The notes beneath the pieces were generated by a model. The model did not search any database, had not been told where the DNA came from, and saw only the letters and a program-made list of their open reading frames with translations. The translations under genes and the position numbers were made by a program. From Candidatus Latescibacterota bacterium (GTDB lineage Bacteria; Latescibacterota; UBA2968; UBA8231), in contig OZ242005.1 in NCBI GenBank assembly GCA_965204725.1, forward strand, positions 2,976,001-3,040,000: 64,000 nucleotides of DNA. Reading direction: 5' to 3'. How positions within the stretch are numbered: the first letter of the stretch is position 1; every line of letters starts with the position of its first letter. Positions 9,498 through 19,072 of this stretch are shown here, piece by piece.

Positions 9498-9767
9498 ATG
9501 GCTGAAGCCCCTCACATCGTCGCCTACCTAAAGCCGGTTTGCGGCTGGAGCCGCAGCGTGCGCGAAACCTTCGCCAAGTACGGCCTCCAGTACGAGGACA
9601 AAGACATTATCAACAATCCGGCCATTTACGCTGAGATGGTGCAGAAAAGCGGCCAACCCCTCTCGCCCTGCGTCGAGATCAACGGTCAGATGCTGGCCGA
9701 TGTCGATGGCGGTGAGGTCGAGGCTTGGATGGTCGCAAACGGAATCGTCGAGCCGGTCGCGGTCTAG
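9498..9767 (+). CDS. Glutaredoxin-family protein
   Basis: KPVCGWS active-site loop, KSGQPLSPCVEING. RBS AAAGGA. Confidence 0.85.
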   Translation: MAEAPHIVAYLKPVCGWSRSVRETFAKYGLQYEDKDIINNPAIYAEMVQKSGQPLSPCVEINGQMLADVDGGEVEAWMVANGIVEPVAV

Positions 9768-10276
9768 CGCATCCGGCTCAACACGCGCCGCATGCCCTCG
9801 CACAGGTTGGGCTGCTCGTGGTTGAGCGGCCCGCTCGCCGCTCGGCGAATCAGCGTCAACGCGCCCCATAGCCGGCCGTCGCCAGCCTTGAGGGGCAACA
9901 CGTAGCTAAAGCCGATAGACCCGTATTCAGCCCCCTCCAGCAGGAAGCGCACGACTCCTGCTGGCAGGGGGCTTTCTTCGTCGGCGCGCGTCTGTCCCAC
10001 CAGCAACAACGCGGAGTCCCCGTCCTGATCGGCGAAGGAATGCGCTTCGTCTTGCTCCAACACCCGCTGCAAGACCTCAGCCCCTGCGCCCGCCGTGTGG
10101 ACCACCCCTTGGCCGACGCGCTCATATACGATGGTGTCAGCCGCTTCAATGCCCAGCAGCAGATCCATGCCTTGGATCACGGCTTCATCGGGCGACATGG
10201 CTTCGAGCGATGCGACGATGTGTGGCGGAATTGCAGCGGGTTCGGGCATGTTAAACGGGATGATTGAGACGGGCAT
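9764..10276 (-). CDS. Hypothetical GAF-like domain protein
   Basis: SYVLPLKAGDGRLWGALTL GAF-like C-terminal strands. Start codon uncertain. Confidence 0.6.
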   Translation of the reverse strand: MPVSIIPFNMPEPAAIPPHIVASLEAMSPDEAVIQGMDLLLGIEAADTIVYERVGQGVVHTAGAGAEVLQRVLEQDEAHSFADQDGDSALLLVGQTRADEESPLPAGVVRFLLEGAEYGSIGFSYVLPLKAGDGRLWGALTLIRRAASGPLNHEQPNLCEGMRRVLSRMR

Positions 10277-10285
10277 GGCGCATCC

Positions 10286-10315
10286 TTGACAAGGCAAATG
10301 AGGGGGCTTTAATTT
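10286..10315 (+). promoter_or_regulatory. Sigma70-type promoter of tRNA-Phe
   Basis: TTGACA at 10286-10291, followed 18 bp later by TAATTT. Confidence 0.55.
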
Positions 10316-10333
10316 TTTAACGCTTCTTTGGGT

Positions 10334-10409
10334 GGCTCTTTAGCTCAGTTGGTAGAGCAGGAGACTGAAAATCTCTGTGTCCGCGGTTCGATTCCGCGAG
10401 GAGCCACCA
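10334..10409 (+). tRNA. tRNA-Phe (GAA)
   Basis: GGCTCTT acceptor stem pairing with AGGAGCC, TAGCTCAGTTGGTAGAGC D-arm, CT-GAA-AA anticodon loop, GGTTCGATTCC T-arm, encoded CCA. 76 nt. Confidence 0.97.
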
Positions 10410-10423
10410 CTATTATAAACAAT

Positions 10424-10465
10424 AAACAGCCCCTTAGCTTACTCACCCAAGCGGAGGGGCTGTTT
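10424..10465. terminator. Probable bidirectional terminator between the tRNA and the convergent CDS
   Basis: AAACAGCCCCT ... AGGGGCTGTTT inverted repeat. Confidence 0.55.
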
Positions 10466-10469
10466 GCAT

Positions 10470-11381
10470 TTAATCGCCCTCCTCGACCCCGCGCTTGATT
10501 TGTCCCCAGCTTGCGGCCTCCACTGCCGTAGCGGGGAGCTCGCGCACAGCGCAGCGAAATCCGACGATGATGTAGGTCGCTGAAGGCGGCAGCCCACTGC
10601 GGTCGGTAGTGCGGAGGCGATACGGGTCGCTGCTCATTGACCCGCCCCTAAGCACTCGGCTGATCCCGGCGTCTGGCCCCTGCGGGTCGCGCTCGGTGCT
10701 CTGTGCATAGTAATCCGCGCCGTACCAATCCACGACCCACTCCCAGACATTGCCCCCCATATCGTAGGCCCCATAAGGCGAGACCCCGCGCGGGTAAGAG
10801 CCTACCGGGGCCGAGTAGAAAAAGCCGTCGCGCCCATCGCCGCGCCCGCCGCCTTCGGGGCCGTAGTTGGCCCGGCTGCGGTCGATGGAATTGCCCCAAG
10901 GATAGAGGCGGCCGTCAGTGCCGCGGGCCGCCTTCTCCCACATGGCCTCGGTCGGCAACTGCATGCCAGCCCAAGTGCAATACGCCCGGGCACCGTACCA
11001 CGAGACCTCGGCGACGGGCCGCTGTTCAGACCCAGGAATCGGCGCGTAGCGCTCTCGGTCATAGCGGATCTGCGCGTCGGCGTCGTCCAGATCGAACAGC
11101 AGATGCCCTTCCCCATCTGCATTGCGGCCCCGGTCGTTCAAAAAAGCGGCGTACTGGTCGTTGTTCACTTCAAAACGGTCGATGTAGAAGTCGTCGAGAT
11201 AGACCGGGTGGACCGGCTGCTCGTCCGCCCGCCCTTCGGCCGAGCCCATCGCAAAATAACCGGCCGCGACGCGGGCCAACTCGTGTGTGGTGCCGGCCGG
11301 CGTCTGCACTTGGACTGTCTCTTGGGCTAGGGCACTTGACGCCCATACCCAAAAGCACCAGAACGCGCTGCTGCGCCCCAT
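10470..11381 (-). CDS. Secreted formylglycine-generating-enzyme (FGE-sulfatase/SUMF1) domain protein
   Basis: FAMGS, LPTEAMWEKAARG, YPWGN, YDMGGNVWEW, RVLRGGS, VGFRC. Signal peptide and C-terminal TAVEAASWGQIK. Confidence 0.9.
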   Translation of the reverse strand: MGRSSAFWCFWVWASSALAQETVQVQTPAGTTHELARVAAGYFAMGSAEGRADEQPVHPVYLDDFYIDRFEVNNDQYAAFLNDRGRNADGEGHLLFDLDDADAQIRYDRERYAPIPGSEQRPVAEVSWYGARAYCTWAGMQLPTEAMWEKAARGTDGRLYPWGNSIDRSRANYGPEGGGRGDGRDGFFYSAPVGSYPRGVSPYGAYDMGGNVWEWVVDWYGADYYAQSTERDPQGPDAGISRVLRGGSMSSDPYRLRTTDRSGLPPSATYIIVGFRCAVRELPATAVEAASWGQIKRGVEEGD

Positions 11382-11471
11382 ACCGCCTCCGCTCCATGGT
11401 CTTTTTTGTCGCGAGCCGTTGACTTACCTTCTTAATACATAACTGCCATTCCCCATTCCAGCAAAAAGAAA

Positions 11472-12737
11472 TTGGTCTCCACGCATCGCGAGGCCCTGTC
11501 GCTTTTCAACCGCGACGTGCGCCTAGTGCTTTTCAGCCAAGCCCTGCTCGGCTTTACGATTTTCGGCGGCGTCTATACGGTCCTGCTCAATCTCTATCTC
11601 CTGCGCCTAGGCTACGGGCCTCAACTGATCGGCCAAGTCAACGCCGTAGGCGCGCTGTCGTTTGCCCTCTTGAGCATGCCTGCGGGCGTGTTGGCCAACC
11701 GCTGGGGGGCGCGGCGGAGCATGATCGTCGGTACGGTGGTCGCGGCCCTCGGTTTTGGCTTGTTGCCCCTCGGCGAGTTTGCTCCCCCCTCCGCGCAGCT
11801 AACTTGGATCATGGGAGCGTATGCCCTCGGCGTCCTCGGCAATACGCTCTTCCTCGTCTGCTCAATTCCCTTCCTGACCCTGATCTGTCCGCCGCGACTG
11901 CGCAACCACGTGTTCTCGACCCAAGTGGCCCTGTGGCCGCTGGCGGGTTTTGCCGGCAGCCTATGCGGTGGCCTGCTGCCCGGCCTCTTCTCCGCGCTCC
12001 TCGGCCTGCCCGAAGACCACCCGGCCCCCTACCGCTACCCGCTGCTGCTGGCCGCCGGCGTCCTATTCATCAGCGCCGGTGCTATCGCCGCAACCCGCTC
12101 CACCGCGCACAAACCGGCCGCGAGAGAACGCGGTCGAGCGACGCCCTTCCCCTGGGCCATCGTCCTCGCCTTGAGCTTGGTCACCTTCTTGCAGATGGCC
12201 GCGGAAAATAGCCTTCGCATCTTCTTCAATGTGTACATGGATGACGGCCTCGGGGCCTCCACCGCGCTGATCGGCAGTCTGACGGCCGGGGGACAGCTCC
12301 TAGCCGCCTGTACTGCGTTGGCCGCCCCCGCGCTCAGCCGGCGTTTTGGCCGGGTGCCAGTGATTACCGGGGGGGCCGGGGCGATGGTGCTGTGCCTCGT
12401 CCCCTTGGCCTTGGTCGCTCATTGGGCGGTGGCCGGAGCCGCCTGTATGGCGCTGGTCGCCCTCAGCTCGATCCGCCGCTCGGTCTATATCGTCTTTCAG
12501 CAGGAATTGGTCCCTGAGCGCTGGCGGGTCACCATGAGCTCGGCACTGACTATGGCCTACGGCATCAGCACTGCCGGCATTTCGCTCGGCGGCGGCTGGC
12601 TGATCAACGCGCTAGGGTATCGGGCGTTGTTTTTGAGCTGCGCCCTAATTACGACCGCGGGCGTGCTTTGCTTTCAGGGGTACTTCCGCATCCCGCGGGG
12701 CGAGTACGCCAACCGCCGGACAGAGGATCGTGTGTAG
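11472..12737 (+). CDS. MFS transporter
   Basis: About 12 hydrophobic segments. Motif A GVLANRWGARR, repeated as LSRRFGRV. Confidence 0.88.
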   Translation: MVSTHREALSLFNRDVRLVLFSQALLGFTIFGGVYTVLLNLYLLRLGYGPQLIGQVNAVGALSFALLSMPAGVLANRWGARRSMIVGTVVAALGFGLLPLGEFAPPSAQLTWIMGAYALGVLGNTLFLVCSIPFLTLICPPRLRNHVFSTQVALWPLAGFAGSLCGGLLPGLFSALLGLPEDHPAPYRYPLLLAAGVLFISAGAIAATRSTAHKPAARERGRATPFPWAIVLALSLVTFLQMAAENSLRIFFNVYMDDGLGASTALIGSLTAGGQLLAACTALAAPALSRRFGRVPVITGGAGAMVLCLVPLALVAHWAVAGAACMALVALSSIRRSVYIVFQQELVPERWRVTMSSALTMAYGISTAGISLGGGWLINALGYRALFLSCALITTAGVLCFQGYFRIPRGEYANRRTEDRV

Positions 12738-12833
12738 CGGAGAACGCGCTGCCGGAAACTCAAGGCGTCCCACTTGCATCCGCAGGCCCAGATGCGAGTG
12801 GGACGCCCGCGCTGGCGTCGGGTGGATGAACGC

Positions 12834-14543
12834 CTACTCGGCGCGCAGCACCAACACCTCGTAGGCAATCGGCTCGGATACGCGCTCCATCTTCACCCCG
12901 AACTGCGTGCGCAAGTAATCGAGGGCCACATCCCAGCCCTCGGAGAAATCGACGTCGATATCTACTTGGCGCTCAAAGGGATTGTCGGCTGCGCCATCCC
13001 ATTGCAGCTCAATTTCGTCAAGGTCTCGGTCGTAGCCTTCGACTAGGTCGTTGAGCGCGGCGTTTGTGAGCATACCCCGGATCGCAGACCCGAGCAGATA
13101 CCCCGTAGCTTGGTAGTTTTCGCCATTGGTCCGAGAGCCTCCCTTGTGTGGGTTCGTTGGAAATTCAGAGCCATCTTGGGTAAAAATCCAGCGACTCCTC
13201 GTGCCCTGCCGCTGTTCCACCTCAGCGACAAAACCAAAGCGGCGGCCTAAGCGCTGGACGCGCTCGACCGGAGTTAGACGATGGCTGTAGGCAATCCGCA
13301 CGGTGTAGGGCTGGTTGGCCAGTTTCTGCGCTGGGGTCGCGGCGTTCGGGGCACTATCCGAGGCCGCCATCTCGACGCGCGGCTCCACCGGCATTTCCCC
13401 AACGGACCGCACGATTTCGGCCAGTGGGGTGCGGTGAAATTCGCGGCGCGTGATCCCGCCTGCGGTAGAAGAGGCACTGCCTGAACTGCCCTTGCTCGGA
13501 TCATCCCAAGGAGGATGGACGATGATATCCATCCCGTCTAGGGGCATGTAAAACGTCCTGTTCCACGGCACAAACGGGTCTAGTGCCAAACCGAACAGGT
13601 TTGCCTCAACGTCCGAAAGGGTCAACGGCTGGATCTCCTCATCGGCGACCGCAAAAAGCTCGCCCGCCAGCGGCACGTCGTAATCCAGATAGTTCAATTC
13701 GCTGACCAACTCCCAATCTTCTTGGCCTACATCGAGATAAACGCGGGAGTGGTTGGGCAACCGCGCCTGAGCATCTACTTCGACCTCATACCGGATATCG
13801 GCTGGGGTCTTACGCCCCAGCGAGGAGCGTTGCCAGATCGAAAAAAGCACGGTCGCCCCCCGATCCTCGTGCTCAATCTGGTAGTTCCTACGTTCTAGTT
13901 CCCCGTATTCGGGCAGTGCTAGCTGCTCGGCGAGCGCACCTATGGACCACGCCCCTTCTGCGCCGAGGTCTTTTCCATACCAGACGCCGTCCACGTAAAT
14001 CTGTGCTTTGGCGTCGTTCACCACCACCGCCCGCCGCGCCGCGCCAGTGCCTACTTCAGAGCGGAAAGAGTGCGGGGCCTTGAGCCACTGCTTCACTGGC
14101 ACCTGCTCTCCCTGTTCGCCGCGAATCCAGCCCTCTACGCGCACGGAGTTGAGCTTACGCACTTCGGCGACTACTTCGGCCCACGCAGAAGTGCTCCCTT
14201 GCCAGAGCACTCCCAACACGACCCCGGCCAGCCCGGCCGCTAGCCCCGACAAGTACACCGGCCGTGGCAGCCACTGCCAAAATGTTGTGCGCTGCGTTTT
14301 GTGCTCGCGCTCCTTCGCGTGGATCGCTTGCAGCGCGTTGGCACGAGCCGCCGCAAAGAGCGCGGGCGGCGGCTCGGCGGTGCTAATGTCGGTGCTCAGT
14401 TCCAGCACGGTACGCACCGCCTCTAAGTCGTCGGCCGCTTCCGGGTGCTCGGCCAAATAGGCTTCAATCTGGAGCGCGTCTGCGGTCGATAGCTCGCCCC
14501 GCACGTAGTCGCTCAGCTTGCTTTCAAATTCGTCTCTTAGCAT
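12834..14543 (-). CDS. Anti-sigma factor-like membrane protein with a large extracytoplasmic region
   Basis: N-terminal LSDYVRGELS...IEAYLAEHP (zf-HC2-like but lacking Cys), one TM helix, AWAEVV motif. Immediately downstream of the ECF sigma gene. Confidence 0.75.
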   Translation of the reverse strand: MLRDEFESKLSDYVRGELSTADALQIEAYLAEHPEAADDLEAVRTVLELSTDISTAEPPPALFAAARANALQAIHAKEREHKTQRTTFWQWLPRPVYLSGLAAGLAGVVLGVLWQGSTSAWAEVVAEVRKLNSVRVEGWIRGEQGEQVPVKQWLKAPHSFRSEVGTGAARRAVVVNDAKAQIYVDGVWYGKDLGAEGAWSIGALAEQLALPEYGELERRNYQIEHEDRGATVLFSIWQRSSLGRKTPADIRYEVEVDAQARLPNHSRVYLDVGQEDWELVSELNYLDYDVPLAGELFAVADEEIQPLTLSDVEANLFGLALDPFVPWNRTFYMPLDGMDIIVHPPWDDPSKGSSGSASSTAGGITRREFHRTPLAEIVRSVGEMPVEPRVEMAASDSAPNAATPAQKLANQPYTVRIAYSHRLTPVERVQRLGRRFGFVAEVEQRQGTRSRWIFTQDGSEFPTNPHKGGSRTNGENYQATGYLLGSAIRGMLTNAALNDLVEGYDRDLDEIELQWDGAADNPFERQVDIDVDFSEGWDVALDYLRTQFGVKMERVSEPIAYEVLVLRAE

Positions 14544-14548
14544 GGCGT

Positions 14549-15097
14549 TTACTCCTTGCAGTCGGCACCCATCTGGGCGCGAATTTTTTTGAGTGCTTTG
14601 TACTCGCTGGCTCTAGCCGACGCCTCGCTGCATCCTAGTCGTGCGGCGATCTCGGCAAAAGGCCAGCCTTCAAAGTTGCGCAGGGCGAAGACCATGCGCT
14701 GACGCTCGGGCAATTCGGCGGCCAAGTCGCGCACCCTGCCCATGAGCAAGCGGTGCTCGGCATCTTTGTCGGCCTTGGCTTCTACCGCGCTGGCGTCCTC
14801 TTCGCAGAGTAGCATCCGATGTTGATACCGCCGGATTTTGCAGGCCGCGTTGGTCGCCACTTGGCAAAGCCACGCCTTGGGGTGGGCGATAATCTCGCCT
14901 CGCGCACAGGCCGAGTGGAAGCGCAGGAAGGTCTCTTGAAAAACCTCCTGCGCTTCATCGGCATTGGCGACGATCTTGTAGGCGACCTTGAGCACTAAGC
15001 GTCCGTAGCGATCTACGGCTTCCGTGCTTTTGTCGGCTGGTCGGCGCAAAACTTCCTCCCTGTATGGATGTCTGAATGTCGTCGCTATAGAAGTCAT
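14549..15097 (-). CDS. ECF RNA polymerase sigma factor
   Basis: DEAQEVFQETFL, AWLCQVATN (region 2); LPERQRMVFALRNFEGWPFAEIA (region 4). Confidence 0.92.
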   Translation of the reverse strand: MTSIATTFRHPYREEVLRRPADKSTEAVDRYGRLVLKVAYKIVANADEAQEVFQETFLRFHSACARGEIIAHPKAWLCQVATNAACKIRRYQHRMLLCEEDASAVEAKADKDAEHRLLMGRVRDLAAELPERQRMVFALRNFEGWPFAEIAARLGCSEASARASEYKALKKIRAQMGADCKE

Positions 15098-15111
15098 AGC
15101 CTAACGTCCGA

Positions 15112-15921
15112 TTATATGGCCGAAAACAGAAAGGGATTCGGCCGCTTGGAGGCGTAGAAGACTTCGACAAAGCGCCACATCGCCCGCTCTGAATCCCAGA
15201 CCAGCCGACAGAAGAAGGGGGTGCAAACCGGCCTGGTCGCCCCGGCGAACTCGGCCGGCTCTTCGGTGACAAACGCGATGTCAGTGAAGACCCGTTTCTC
15301 TCCCGCCCGCAACGCCGCTTCCACCTCTCGCTGCAACTTGAACTTGCTCTTGACGACGCCCGGCCGATGCGACCGATAGCCCTCGTAGCGGCCCTGCATC
15401 TCAAACACCTTGAAGGTGCTGTGGCGGAAGAAGGCGTGGCCAAAGCGGTATTCGCAGCCTTGACCGTCGAGGACGGCGCGGTGCATGGCTTGCAAGAGGT
15501 CAAAGGGCGTGTCGCCTTTGGGGACGCCCCAATGCTCTAGGGTCTCTTTTATATGCTTCAAGGCCGTGGGGTTGTTGACGCCCTCGCGGAGGTAGAACTG
15601 GGCGGCGAGGCTGTCGTTGCCGGAGACGGAGAAGGCGACGAGAAAGTCGTAGAGCCAAGCGCGCAAGTCGGCTTCTTGCTCGGGGACGATGGGGACGCCC
15701 GCCGCGATGGGGATGGATTCGATGGCCTGCCACAACGTGGGACCGGCCTTGACCTCGATCTTCTCCGCGGTGTGGATGTAGTCCAGCAAGCCTTGGATCT
15801 GGTCGAGGCGAGGGGTAAAGCCGCCGTCTGGCCGCTTGGTCTGGACGGCTGCTGCGCTGGAGACATCGCCATAGACGGCGATCAGGGCGACGCACAAGAT
15901 GCGAATGGCTAAGCGTTGCAT
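15112..15921 (-). CDS. Hypothetical secreted protein
   Basis: RBS AAGGAGGG before ATG 15921. Signal peptide MQRLAIRILCVALIAVYG. Confidence 0.65.
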   Translation of the reverse strand: MQRLAIRILCVALIAVYGDVSSAAAVQTKRPDGGFTPRLDQIQGLLDYIHTAEKIEVKAGPTLWQAIESIPIAAGVPIVPEQEADLRAWLYDFLVAFSVSGNDSLAAQFYLREGVNNPTALKHIKETLEHWGVPKGDTPFDLLQAMHRAVLDGQGCEYRFGHAFFRHSTFKVFEMQGRYEGYRSHRPGVVKSKFKLQREVEAALRAGEKRVFTDIAFVTEEPAEFAGATRPVCTPFFCRLVWDSERAMWRFVEVFYASKRPNPFLFSAI

Positions 15922-16011
15922 GATGCCCTCCTTTGCGGAAGAGTGCGGGTTGAGTTGTTGCGTCTTTGCCCTATATGATCCACCAAGCGCGATTATGTGA
16001 ACCGCTAAAGC

Positions 16012-16042
16012 AAAAAAAAAACCGCCTAGGAGCCTAGGCGGT
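16012..16042 (-). terminator. Intrinsic terminator of the M16C peptidase gene
   Basis: Minus strand ACCGCCTAGG-CT-CCTAGGCGGT followed by a poly-T run. Confidence 0.85.
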
Positions 16043-16066
16043 CGCGCAAACCACAAACTACTCTTC

Positions 16067-18979
16067 TCACAACGCCTTGACCGGCGTCAGCCAGTTGCCG
16101 CGGGCGGCCGAAGCCGCTGCAATCGCGTCGGCCGACCCCAACACCGCGACTCGGCCCGCTGCGCCGACTTGGTCCAGCACGGCGGCAAAATCCGCAAAGT
16201 GCTCGGCCTTAGTCGCCAAAACTTGGTCGCGCATTTGCTGGCGATAGGCGTCGTCAATCCCGGTCAGGTAGCGCACCAGTGAGGCGTAGCCCTTGGCGTC
16301 GGGGAGCTGATAGGCGTCGAGATCGCCGATGGTGCCGATGATCGCCTTAGTCAGCTCGTCGCTGCTAATCGGAAAGTCGCGCAAGAAAGCCCCGCTCTGG
16401 TCGTACACTTGCAGCGTCTCCAGCAAGTTGGGATCGCGGTACGACGCGTACGCGAACACCCCGGTAAACGGGTCGAGGGAGCAAAAGGCCCCGTACGCGC
16501 CCCCTTGGACTCGCACCCGATCCCACAGCCAAGTCGTGGCTAAGTAGCGAGTGATGACGGCCGCCGACCCGTCCAATTCGTAGCCGAGCGCGAAGAGGTT
16601 GGCCGCCTTGCCCACGTAGTTGACTTGAGCGGGGACGGTTAGGCCCTCGTCGGCCGCCGTCAGGTGCGGCGTCCAAGTCGCGGGCGGGTGCGCCTCTTGC
16701 GGCAACGCGCGCAGCAGCGTCGCCAAGCTCTGGTCGCACACAGCGCGGTCGTCGCCAGCTACGGTCGCATTGCACAGCATACCCGGCCGGTTGACCAACA
16801 GGGCGCGGATATGCTCCAGCCGCGCCTGCACGGCCGGCCAGTCGCGGTGGATGTCTGCGATGAGCTGCCGCAAGAAGAACAAATAGCTCAAGCCGCGCAT
16901 CTGCTCTGCGAGCCAGCCCGTCTCGTCGAATTGCGCTCGCAACCGGGTGGCTACCACTCGGTGTCCGCCCGGCACCAGCCCGGCCTCTGCACTGGCCCGC
17001 TCTTCTAAGGCCATTTGCAAAAAACGCTCGCGGTCGTCGAGGCGGCCCTCTAGCAGCACGTCGCGCACAATCGCCGTCAGGTCGGCGACCCGGTCGACCA
17101 TGGCCTTGCCGCGCAAAAAGAGGTACGCGGCGGCCGGCCCGCCGCCGCGGCGCGTCCCCACCAGCGAATGGGCATTCAGGCCGCCGGTCTGGCTGCCGAT
17201 TCGTTGTTGCAGCTCGACAAAGCTCATGCTTTTGGTCCCCATCTCCAGCAGGGCGCGCCCAAAAAGCGGGATATAGGGCAAAAGCTCTTGGGGCAACACC
17301 CGCAGGTCGCAGCCCACGTCGAGATAGGCGATGCCGTTGGTAAAGAGGTCGTGGTGGAGCACCGGCACGCCAGCGATTTGGTCCTCTTGCCGAGGCACGG
17401 TCTTGACCGCTGAGTCGAGGTCGCTCAATTGCAGGCGGGGCAGCTTGGCCAACGCCTCGGGCGGGTCGGGTTGCTCTTGCCGGCGCTTGAGCTGTTGCGT
17501 CTTGGCGACTAGGGCCTCTAAATCCGCGTGGCTCATGCTCGCCCGGGCCGCGGCGAGGCGCGCGGTCTCTTCCTCCTCCAGCCGCGTCCCCAGCTCGGCA
17601 TCGGGCTGGAGGACCACGGTCGTGCGGTGGGCGTTGTCGAGGAGGTGGCGTTGGAGCAATCCCTCTAGATAGCGGTCGTCCGCCGCCAGCTTGGCCTTGA
17701 GCGCGGCGAATGAGTCGGCAAAGCGCAAGGGCGTGAAGGGGTCGCGGTCGTAGAGCCAGTCGGTCAGCAGCCGCAGCATCAGTCCCAAGCCACGCGGATA
17801 GGACCCGGTGTTGTTTTCCCGCAACAGGAACTCTGCGGTGTGCAGCGCGGCCGCGACCATCCCGCGGTCGATCCCGCCGCGCGCCAACTCGCCGAGGTGC
17901 TGCAAGATCAGGGCCTCAACCGCATCCTCATCGCCCGGTTGCACGCCCTTCAGGCCCACGCTGAAAAACATTTGCGCCAAGTCGGTCTCCAGCCCGCTGC
18001 CGGTCAAATCCTCGCCGAGCCCAGAGTCGATCAGGGCCTTGCGCAGCGGGGATCCCGGGGTGCCGAGCAGCGCGTATTCGAGCACCTGCAGGGCACGGCG
18101 CTCGTCGGCGTCAATCGCGTCTTGCAACAGCCAAGTGAGCGCGACAAAGCACTTGGGTTTTTCGGCCGCGTCTGGATCAACCGTATAGGGAAACTGCTGC
18201 CGCTTGGGCGCGGCAAAGCGCGGCTGGGTCCCAATGGTGGAATCAACGGCGTACGCCTCGTAGGCGCTTAGATAGTCGTGTAAAAGCGCGAGGCGTTGCT
18301 CGGGGTCGTCGTCGCCGTAGAAGTAGATGCGGGCGTTGGACGGGTGGTAAAACTCTTCGTGGAAACGCTTGAACTGGGCAAAGCTGAGGGCCGGGATGTG
18401 GCGAGGATCGCCGCCGGAATCCACGCCGTAGGTCGTGTCGGGGAGGACGGACTGCTGGGTGCGCTCGGCGAGGATCCGCTCGGGATCTGAATACGCGCCC
18501 TTCATTTCGTTGAAGACCACGCCTTTGTAGCGTAGCGGATCGCCGGCGTCTTCTAGCTCGTAGTGCCAGCCTTCTTGTTGCAAAACCTCCGGTGTGAGCC
18601 GCGGGTAAAATACCGCGTCGAGATACACGTCTATCAGGTTGTAGAAATCCTGCAAGTTGGTGCTGGCGACCGGGTAGCAGGTTTTGTCTGGATAGGTGAA
18701 GGCGTTGAGGAAGGTGTTGAGCGAGCCTTTGATCAGCTCGACAAACGGCTCCTTGACCGGGTACTTGCGCGAGCCGCACAACACGGAGTGTTCGAGGATG
18801 TGAGCAATGCCGGTCGAGTCGGCCGGCGGAGTGCGGAAGTTGATGCCAAAGACCTTGTTTTCGTCTTCGTTGATCAGCGAGACAATTTCGCAGCCGGTGC
18901 GGTGTCGGTAGAGTAAGGCGCGCGTGTTGATCTCGGGAATTTCCTCGTCGCGCAGCAGTTCAAAATCGCGGCGATCCAT
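16067..18979 (-). CDS. Insulinase-family M16C metallopeptidase (presequence protease PreP-like)
   Basis: GIAHILEHSVLCGSRKYP (HxxEH), GVVFNEMKG, RVQGGAYG, SYRDP. Confidence 0.95.
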   Translation of the reverse strand: MDRRDFELLRDEEIPEINTRALLYRHRTGCEIVSLINEDENKVFGINFRTPPADSTGIAHILEHSVLCGSRKYPVKEPFVELIKGSLNTFLNAFTYPDKTCYPVASTNLQDFYNLIDVYLDAVFYPRLTPEVLQQEGWHYELEDAGDPLRYKGVVFNEMKGAYSDPERILAERTQQSVLPDTTYGVDSGGDPRHIPALSFAQFKRFHEEFYHPSNARIYFYGDDDPEQRLALLHDYLSAYEAYAVDSTIGTQPRFAAPKRQQFPYTVDPDAAEKPKCFVALTWLLQDAIDADERRALQVLEYALLGTPGSPLRKALIDSGLGEDLTGSGLETDLAQMFFSVGLKGVQPGDEDAVEALILQHLGELARGGIDRGMVAAALHTAEFLLRENNTGSYPRGLGLMLRLLTDWLYDRDPFTPLRFADSFAALKAKLAADDRYLEGLLQRHLLDNAHRTTVVLQPDAELGTRLEEEETARLAAARASMSHADLEALVAKTQQLKRRQEQPDPPEALAKLPRLQLSDLDSAVKTVPRQEDQIAGVPVLHHDLFTNGIAYLDVGCDLRVLPQELLPYIPLFGRALLEMGTKSMSFVELQQRIGSQTGGLNAHSLVGTRRGGGPAAAYLFLRGKAMVDRVADLTAIVRDVLLEGRLDDRERFLQMALEERASAEAGLVPGGHRVVATRLRAQFDETGWLAEQMRGLSYLFFLRQLIADIHRDWPAVQARLEHIRALLVNRPGMLCNATVAGDDRAVCDQSLATLLRALPQEAHPPATWTPHLTAADEGLTVPAQVNYVGKAANLFALGYELDGSAAVITRYLATTWLWDRVRVQGGAYGAFCSLDPFTGVFAYASYRDPNLLETLQVYDQSGAFLRDFPISSDELTKAIIGTIGDLDAYQLPDAKGYASLVRYLTGIDDAYRQQMRDQVLATKAEHFADFAAVLDQVGAAGRVAVLGSADAIAAASAARGNWLTPVKAL

Positions 18980-19072
18980 GGCGTCTCCTTTGGGGTCCTT
19001 TGTGGTTTAGTGCGGAAAACTAGCGGGCAAACATATTCGCGCTACGGCTTCTCAGCAAGGAAACAACGGCAC

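Noticed and set aside
10334-10409. tRNA-Phe as an integration site
   Set aside because: No duplicated tRNA 3' end or integrase was seen elsewhere in the window, and the flanking genes look chromosomal.
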